In this document: positions 58,311 to 64,000 of the stretch, in pieces
Layout: each line of letters opens with the position of its first letter
Position numbering within the stretch: the first letter of the stretch is position 1
NCBI GenBank assembly: GCA_023150945.1
Contig: JAKLJX010000022.1
Coordinates: forward strand, 28,158 to 92,157
DNA from: a bacterium
GTDB lineage: Bacteria; Zhuqueibacterota; Zhuqueibacteria; Zhuqueibacterales; Zhuqueibacteraceae
Length of the DNA: 64,000 nt
Reading direction: 5' to 3'
Translations under genes and position numbers: made by a program
The notes under the pieces: generated by a model
Told to the model about the DNA's origin: nothing
Databases searched by the model: none
What the model saw: the letters and a program-made list of their open reading frames with translations, nothing else

Positions 58311-59453
58311 GTGGCCATGATGATCAAATCTGAAATGGATGCTCTGCTGCAGCATCAACCCGACCCCGACCATCCGGTTCTCAGCGTGTACCTCCAGCAG
58401 GATCGCTCCCGTGGGTTGGAGGCCGTACAACAGATGATGATCGAGCTGAAGCAACGCCTGCGGGCGATCGAACAGCGGCTGGCGAAGGAGGCGCTCGGCA
58501 GTTTTCGCGCGAATACCAGCCGCGTTTTGCGCTTTTTGGAGGAACACAAACTCTTCCGGCAAAGTCTCGCCCTTTTCAGTGATGAGGCCCGGGGGTTTTG
58601 GCGCTGGTACGATTTCAACGTGCCGCTGCGCGGCGGCGTGTGGTGGGAGCCGGCCCCGCATCTCAGCCCGCTGGCTGAAGCCCTGCACGAATATGAGCGC
58701 TTCGGTGTGATTCTCACCAATCGCACGCACAGCCGACTCTTCATGGTTTATCTCGGGGAGATCGAAGAAGCCCAGGAGGCTTTTGCCGCTGCCGAGGTGA
58801 AACACATCAAGACGCCCGCGCGGGATCAACTGCGCTCCCAGCCCACCAATCAACGCCACGCCGAGCGGCACGCCCTCTGGCACCTGAAAAACGTCTCCGA
58901 CAAGATGGATCGTCTGGCAGCCCAATATGCGTTTGACCGGCTGGTGCTGGCGGGCCCGCCGGAAGTGACCAGTGAGCTGCGCCGGTTGCTGCCCAAGCGC
59001 CTGCGCTCGCGCGTGATTGGTTTGCTCAACTTGCCCGTCACCGCCGGCCAGCCCCAAGTGCTCGAGGCCACCATGAGCATCGAGCGCGAAATCGAGACGG
59101 CCGGCAAGCGCGAAATGATTACGGACCTGGTGACGGCTGCGGCCAAGCAGAATCATGCCGCGCTGGGTTTGGCCGACACCCTGCAGGCTCTGCAGGAAGG
59201 CCGGGTTTGGCATCTCATCTACGCCGAGGGCTTCGCCGCCGCCGGCAGGAGTTGCCCGAATTGCGCCAGCTTGTTCGCGGACCAGCATGAGTCCTGCGAC
59301 TACTGCGGCGCCGCGCTGCAGCCGGTGGAGGATTTGATCGAACCCATGGCCGAGCGCGTGCTGTCGGCCGGCGGCATGGTGGAGCGGGTGCGCAGCAGTG
59401 TTGACCAGCAACTGCAGGCCGCCGGCGGCATCGGTGCGTTCCTGCGGTTCTGA
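58311..59453 (+). CDS. Bacterial eRF1/aRF1-like release-factor homologue (baeRF1 type) with zinc ribbon
   Basis: VLSVYL, RLVLAGP, CPNC...CDYC, C-terminal AAGGIGAFLRF resembling the eRF1/pelota GGIGA.LR(Y/F) end. Confidence 0.75.
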   Translation: MAMMIKSEMDALLQHQPDPDHPVLSVYLQQDRSRGLEAVQQMMIELKQRLRAIEQRLAKEALGSFRANTSRVLRFLEEHKLFRQSLALFSDEARGFWRWYDFNVPLRGGVWWEPAPHLSPLAEALHEYERFGVILTNRTHSRLFMVYLGEIEEAQEAFAAAEVKHIKTPARDQLRSQPTNQRHAERHALWHLKNVSDKMDRLAAQYAFDRLVLAGPPEVTSELRRLLPKRLRSRVIGLLNLPVTAGQPQVLEATMSIEREIETAGKREMITDLVTAAAKQNHAALGLADTLQALQEGRVWHLIYAEGFAAAGRSCPNCASLFADQHESCDYCGAALQPVEDLIEPMAERVLSAGGMVERVRSSVDQQLQAAGGIGAFLRF

Positions 59454-59666
59454 AAAACAACTCGTGACCAATGTTGACGGTTTTCGTTTGCATGATGAGT
59501 CGTTGTCTTATTTCTCATGTTTGCAAGCATCTTCCCCGGCACTGGCATGGTCGCTCCATCAGGTAAGTGTGCTTGAGTTCTCTCCCGGAGGGCGCGAGCG
59601 CGCCTGACCGGCATTGGTCCAGCAACGAAGAAACCACCCAGGCAGTCACAAATTATCGAGGCATCT

Positions 59667-60545
59667 ATGCATCTCAATGACAATTTCAAAGATGACCTGG
59701 TCGAGTTCATTCGCCGCACTTCGGTCGAGCTACCGGATGATGTCATCTCCTCCTTGACGCGGGCAACCCAGGCGGAACAGCCCGCCTCCGCGGCCGCCAG
59801 CGCACTGCAAACCATCCTGCAAAACGTGCAAATGTCCAAGCTCGGCACAACGCCGATTTGCCAGGACACCGGCACGCTGATCTTCTATGTGGACTATCCC
59901 GCCGCCATGTCGACCATTCCCCTGCGCAAGATGATCGAAGCCGCCGTGGTGGAAGCCACCGCCAAGTCCTTCCTGCGGCCCAATGCCGTGGACTCGCTCA
60001 CCGGCAAGAACTCCGGCAACAATTCCGGCCGCGAGTTTCCCGTCGTGCATTTCGAAGAATGGCAGGAGCCGCAATTGCGCGTGCGGCTGATGCTCAAAGG
60101 CGGCGGCTGTGAAAATGTGGGCGCGCAATACAGCCTGCCCAACACCAAGCTCGGCGCCGACCGTGATATCGCCGGCATCAAGAAAGTCATTCTCGACGCC
60201 GCCTTTCAAGCGCAGGGCAAAGGCTGCGCGCCCGGCATTTTGGGCGTGGGCATCGGCGGCGATCGCGAAACCAGCTACATGATTTCAAAGAAGCAGTTTT
60301 TCCGCCGGCTGGATGATCGCAATGCCAACCCGGTGCTGGCCGAAATTGAAGACGAAGTGCTGGCCAAGGCCAATCAGCTCGGCATTGGGCCGATGGGATT
60401 TGGCGGCAAAACCACCCTGCTGGGCGTGAAGGCGGATTGGGCGCATCGCCTGCCCGCCAGTTTCTTCGTCAGCGTGTCCTACATGTGCTGGGCCGACCGC
60501 CGGCGCACCCTGATTGTCCGCGACGGCAAAGTGGAAATTCATTGA
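59667..60545 (+). CDS. Class I fumarate hydratase/tartrate dehydratase alpha subunit
   Basis: PICQDTG, KGGGCEN, GCAPGILGVGIGG, GPMGFGG, MCWADRR. Confidence 0.9.
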   Translation: MHLNDNFKDDLVEFIRRTSVELPDDVISSLTRATQAEQPASAAASALQTILQNVQMSKLGTTPICQDTGTLIFYVDYPAAMSTIPLRKMIEAAVVEATAKSFLRPNAVDSLTGKNSGNNSGREFPVVHFEEWQEPQLRVRLMLKGGGCENVGAQYSLPNTKLGADRDIAGIKKVILDAAFQAQGKGCAPGILGVGIGGDRETSYMISKKQFFRRLDDRNANPVLAEIEDEVLAKANQLGIGPMGFGGKTTLLGVKADWAHRLPASFFVSVSYMCWADRRRTLIVRDGKVEIH

Positions 60546-60565
60546 AAAGCCTGTGAGCCGAAAGG

Positions 60566-61192
60566 ATGGAAATCATGATTCGACTTTCACTCCCGGCCAC
60601 CGACGCGGAAATCGCCGCGCTCAAAGTCGGTGACCAAGTCTTGTTGAGCGGCACCATCATCACCGGCCGCGATGCCGCGCATCATTACATGATCGAAAAC
60701 TTCATCAAGCGGGAGCCGCCGGAAAGCGAGCGGCAGATGTATGAGATTCTGCGGCGCGCGCTGGCGGGCAATGTCATCTATCATTGCGGCCCGGTGGTGG
60801 CAAAGGAAAACGGCAAATACCGGTTTGTGGCCGCCGGCCCGACCACCAGCATTCGCGAAGAGCCTTATGAGCATCTGGTGATTGAAAAGTTCAACGTCAA
60901 GGGCGTGATCGGCAAGGGCGGCATGGGCGCCAAAACGCTCGAAGCCTGCCGCAAATTCAAGGCGGCTTATTTCCATGCCATTGGCGGCGCCGCGACGTAT
61001 ATTGCGCAATCCGTCAAGGAAGTGATCGACGTGTACAAGCTCGATCTCGGCGTGCCCGAAGCCATGTGGCTGATTCGCGTGGAAGACTTTCCCGCCGTGG
61101 TCACCATGGACAGCCACGGCGGCAGTCTGCATGCCGAGGTGGAAGCGCGCTCGAAGCAAAAGCTGGAAGAATTATTGTCAACCATCAAGTAA
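60566..61192 (+). CDS. Class I fumarate hydratase/tartrate dehydratase beta subunit
   Basis: LKVGDQVLLSG...GRDAAH, YHCGP, AGPTTSIR, IGKGGM, PEAMW, VTMDSHG. Confidence 0.9.
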   Translation: MEIMIRLSLPATDAEIAALKVGDQVLLSGTIITGRDAAHHYMIENFIKREPPESERQMYEILRRALAGNVIYHCGPVVAKENGKYRFVAAGPTTSIREEPYEHLVIEKFNVKGVIGKGGMGAKTLEACRKFKAAYFHAIGGAATYIAQSVKEVIDVYKLDLGVPEAMWLIRVEDFPAVVTMDSHGGSLHAEVEARSKQKLEELLSTIK

Positions 61193-61210
61193 ACTCGAGT
61201 GAGGACCAAC

Positions 61211-63274
61211 ATGAAAGGTTTTTCCCTGCTGCGGTGGGGGTGTTTGCTGTCGTTTCTGGTGTTGCAATCCGCCCTGCCGCAAACTGCCGCTGACGCCGAT
61301 TTCTGGCAAAAGTATCACACCAGCCGCGCCGCTCGCAAAAGCGAGCAGGCCGGCCTCGCCAAGCGGCTGCTCGCTGCGCCGGCAGTGTCGAATCCGCAAG
61401 CCAGCCAGTGGGACGCGGTGTACTATGACCTGAATCTGGTGCTGGCGACGGCGCCCTACAATCTCGCGGGCACGGTGACCGGCGTGTTTCGCAGCCAGGC
61501 CGCCAATCTCCAGGCGATCACGCTCGATTTCGACTCGCGCGAAGATCTCACGCCGTGGCAATCTCTGCAAGTCACCGGTAACGTCAGCAATTGGTCGCAT
61601 GCCAATTGGATGCTGACCGTGCAGCTTGACCGGCCCTACAATCCCGGAGAAACCTTTCAGATCACCGTGCACTACGCCGGCGTGCCGCGCGCCGGCGGCC
61701 TCAAAGGCTTCGGCTTCGACAAGAATTCCTACGGCGATCTCGTGATCTCGACGTTGAGCGAGCCCTATTTGGCGCGCACCTGGTGGCCCTGCAAAGATGA
61801 TCCCGACGACAAGGCGGACTCGGTGCGCATTGCCGTGACCGTGCCGCAGAACATGGTTGTCGGCTCCAATGGCGTGCTGGTGGCGGAGATCGACAACGGC
61901 AACGCGACCAAAACCTTCGTGTGGAAGGAGAAGTATCCCATCACCACCTACCTGGTTTCACTCGCGGTTTCCAACTACGCCACATTCAGCGCGCAATTCG
62001 AGTATGCGCCCGGCCGCTTCATGCCGCTGATGTACTATGTTTATCCCGCGCAATTGGCCGCTGCGCAGACCGCTTTCGCCAAGCTGCCGGACATGCTGCG
62101 TGTCTATTCCAACCTCTTCGGCGATTATCCCTTCCTCGATGAAAAATACGGCCACGCCGTGTTCGAGTGGGGCGGCGCGATGGAGCATCAAACCTTGACC
62201 AGCATCGGCGGCGTCGGCACCAACTGGGAATACACCTACGCGCACGAGCTGGCGCATCAGTGGTTCGGCGATCTCGTCACCTGTCAGAACTGGGGCGACA
62301 TTTGGTTGAACGAAGGCTTCGCGACCTATTGCGAAGCCTTATGGGTCGAGGCGACGAAAGGCAAAAAAGCCTATTTGGATTATCAGGTGGCCGCGCTCAA
62401 CTATTTGCAGGGCTGGGGCCGCGATCCCATCTACCGCTACGACACGCAAAATCCCTGGTACATTTTTCACAGCACGGTCTACGACAAAGGCGGCTGGGTG
62501 CTGCACATGCTGCGCCGCGTGCTGGGCGATTCGGTGTTCATGAACATTCTGCGCGGGTATCCCAATGACCCGGCTTTCAAGTTCAAGACCGCAACCACGG
62601 CGCAATTCCGCGACTATTGCGAGCAGGTGAGCGGCCGCGAGCTTGATTGGTTTTTCCAGCAGTGGATTTATGAGCCGTACTATCCGGTCTATGAATGGGG
62701 CACGACCGTGCTCTCGTCCCCGGGCGGGAGCTCCCTGTTCATGAAGATCGAGCAAACTCAGTCGCGCGTGTCTGCGGATTACGATCATCTCTACAAGATG
62801 CCGCTCGAGGTGGAAATCGTCTTCCTCGATCGCACCACTGAGCGCTTCACGGTGTGGGATTCGTTGCAGGTGCAGACGTTCGAATTGCCGCTGCGCGCCA
62901 CCCCGGCGGCGGTGCGGCTCGATCCGGAGAATTGGGTGTTGAAGGAAGCGCGCCGCGTGCAGCTCACTGACATTGCAGACCCGGGCGAGGTTGCGCCGGT
63001 GTTCCGGCTGTGGCAGAACTATCCCAATCCCTTCAACCCGAGCACCGTCATTCGCTACGACCTGCCGCAATCCGCCGCGGTGGAGCTGGCGATTTATGAG
63101 GTACAGGGCAAGAAGATCTATACCTTTCCCACGGCCATGCAGGCAGCGGGCAGTCACGCCGTGACGTGGGACGGCAAAGATCAGGCAGGCAACCTGGTGG
63201 CCAGCGGCGTGTACGTGTATCGCCTGAAGATGGGCGGACAGGTTCGGGTGAGAAAGATGATCTTACTGCGGTAG
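61211..63274 (+). CDS. Secreted M1-family zinc aminopeptidase with CTD
   Basis: Signal peptide; WWPCKD, GGAMEHQT, HELAHQWFG..NEGFATY (HExxH-x18-E), YDKG; [14 protein letters not shown]. Confidence 0.92.
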   Translation: MKGFSLLRWGCLLSFLVLQSALPQTAADADFWQKYHTSRAARKSEQAGLAKRLLAAPAVSNPQASQWDAVYYDLNLVLATAPYNLAGTVTGVFRSQAANLQAITLDFDSREDLTPWQSLQVTGNVSNWSHANWMLTVQLDRPYNPGETFQITVHYAGVPRAGGLKGFGFDKNSYGDLVISTLSEPYLARTWWPCKDDPDDKADSVRIAVTVPQNMVVGSNGVLVAEIDNGNATKTFVWKEKYPITTYLVSLAVSNYATFSAQFEYAPGRFMPLMYYVYPAQLAAAQTAFAKLPDMLRVYSNLFGDYPFLDEKYGHAVFEWGGAMEHQTLTSIGGVGTNWEYTYAHELAHQWFGDLVTCQNWGDIWLNEGFATYCEALWVEATKGKKAYLDYQVAALNYLQGWGRDPIYRYDTQNPWYIFHSTVYDKGGWVLHMLRRVLGDSVFMNILRGYPNDPAFKFKTATTAQFRDYCEQVSGRELDWFFQQWIYEPYYPVYEWGTTVLSSPGGSSLFMKIEQTQSRVSADYDHLYKMPLEVEIVFLDRTTERFTVWDSLQVQTFELPLRATPAAVRLDPENWVLKEARRVQLTDIADPGEVAPVFRLWQNYPNPFNPSTVIRYDLPQSAAVELAIYEVQGKKIYTFPTAMQAAGSHAVTWDGKDQAGNLVASGVYVYRLKMGGQVRVRKMILLR

Positions 63275-63278
63275 TCCC

Positions 63279-64000
63279 ATGAGACTTTCAGGCCAGGACA
63301 GAATTCTAGTTCTGCTGTGGGTGACAGTGGCGGCCGTCGTTCCCTGCTTCGGTCAGTGGCAGGGAACGAGCGGCCCTTCCGGCGGGGAGGTTACGGCCAT
63401 TGTGATTCACCCGCGCGATCCGAGTATTGTCTATGCTGTTGCTGCTCAGCCGTATTCCGGCGTACTCAAGAGCTCAGATGGTGGAGAATTCTGGGAGATC
63501 CTGGCCCACGGGCTGGAATTCGACGCTGTCGCTGATCGCAGGCGCTGGCCGCACAGGCTGATTCTGGACGAGATGCAACCAGAAACCTTGTTCGTGGTAA
63601 TCAAGACGGCCAGTTATTATGATGCTGGTGCGCTGTATCGCAGTAACGATGGGGGTGCGAGTTGGGCAATTGTGAATGATATGCAGGTCCATGGCCTGTG
63701 TGTCCGTGGCGGCCTCGTTTTCGCCCTCGGCAAGTCCGGATTGCGTTTTTCTGCAGACGCGGGTGATTCTTGGGTGGTGCGCAACAACAAGATGCTTGGC
63801 GATGAAATCCTTTGGGATGATCAGGGAATTCTCTGGGTCAGTGGCGAGCAAGGCTTGTTTCGTAGCCCCGATTCCGGCAAAACCCATCACCTCTTCGCGT
63901 TTGAAGATCTTTGGAAGGTTCAGTCGTTTGATGTTGCAACGGTGCAGCAGGAAAAGGTTGTGGCAGTCGGTGTTCTCGGTTACGGACCGGGGCATGACAG
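63279..64000 (+). CDS. Secreted BNR/Asp-box beta-propeller protein (3'-partial; absent from the supplied ORF track)
   Basis: Manual translation from ATG 63279 is open to the window end: MRLSGQDRILVLLWVTVAAVVPCFGQW...GPSGGEV...KSSDGGEFW...RSNDGGASW...SADAGDSW...RSPDSG. Confidence 0.85.
   Translation, partial: MRLSGQDRILVLLWVTVAAVVPCFGQWQGTSGPSGGEVTAIVIHPRDPSIVYAVAAQPYSGVLKSSDGGEFWEILAHGLEFDAVADRRRWPHRLILDEMQPETLFVVIKTASYYDAGALYRSNDGGASWAIVNDMQVHGLCVRGGLVFALGKSGLRFSADAGDSWVVRNNKMLGDEILWDDQGILWVSGEQGLFRSPDSGKTHHLFAFEDLWKVQSFDVATVQQEKVVAVGVLGYGPGHD

Overview
GC-rich bacterial chromosomal window. The abundance of secreted proteins ending in a 'YPNPFNP...FlgD-Ig' C-terminal domain (CTD) suggests an FCB-related lineage such as candidate division KSB1; this is inference and no search was run. 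Layout: (1) 1-11.3 kb, two giant modular CTD-bearing surface proteins; (2) 11.6-16.2 kb, sugar (probably inositol) ABC transporter plus IolG-like dehydrogenase; (3) 16.3-31.9 kb, a compact lipid cluster with cytoplasmic lipase, ABC1/UbiB kinase, phasin, PhaR-like regulator, MGAT/DGAT2-like acyltransferase, an orphan beta-rich protein, an exported RMDN-like TPR protein, FadL, SGNH lipoprotein, FadD, ChoD-like GMC oxidase and TonB, with no PHA synthase in the window; (4) gltA, a response regulator and mdh; (5) 36.7-47.9 kb, an accessory array of CTD proteins and lipoproteins with a divergent LspA; (6) ptb-TIR-buk, nitroreductase, PEBP, STAS, Met-gamma-lyase-like, CMK-like, PflX-like radical SAM, baeRF1-like factor, split class I fumarase, an M1 peptidase with CTD and a 3'-partial BNR protein. 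The best candidate for an undescribed system is the lipid import-to-storage cluster. Other highlights are Ig (BACON-like) domains split by swappable cargo domains, near-identical CTD DNA on unrelated passengers, a Tat+CTD DUF362 protein and a TIR gene inside ptb-buk. No rRNA, tRNA, CRISPR array, transposase or integrase was recognised. All family assignments come from motif recognition by eye.
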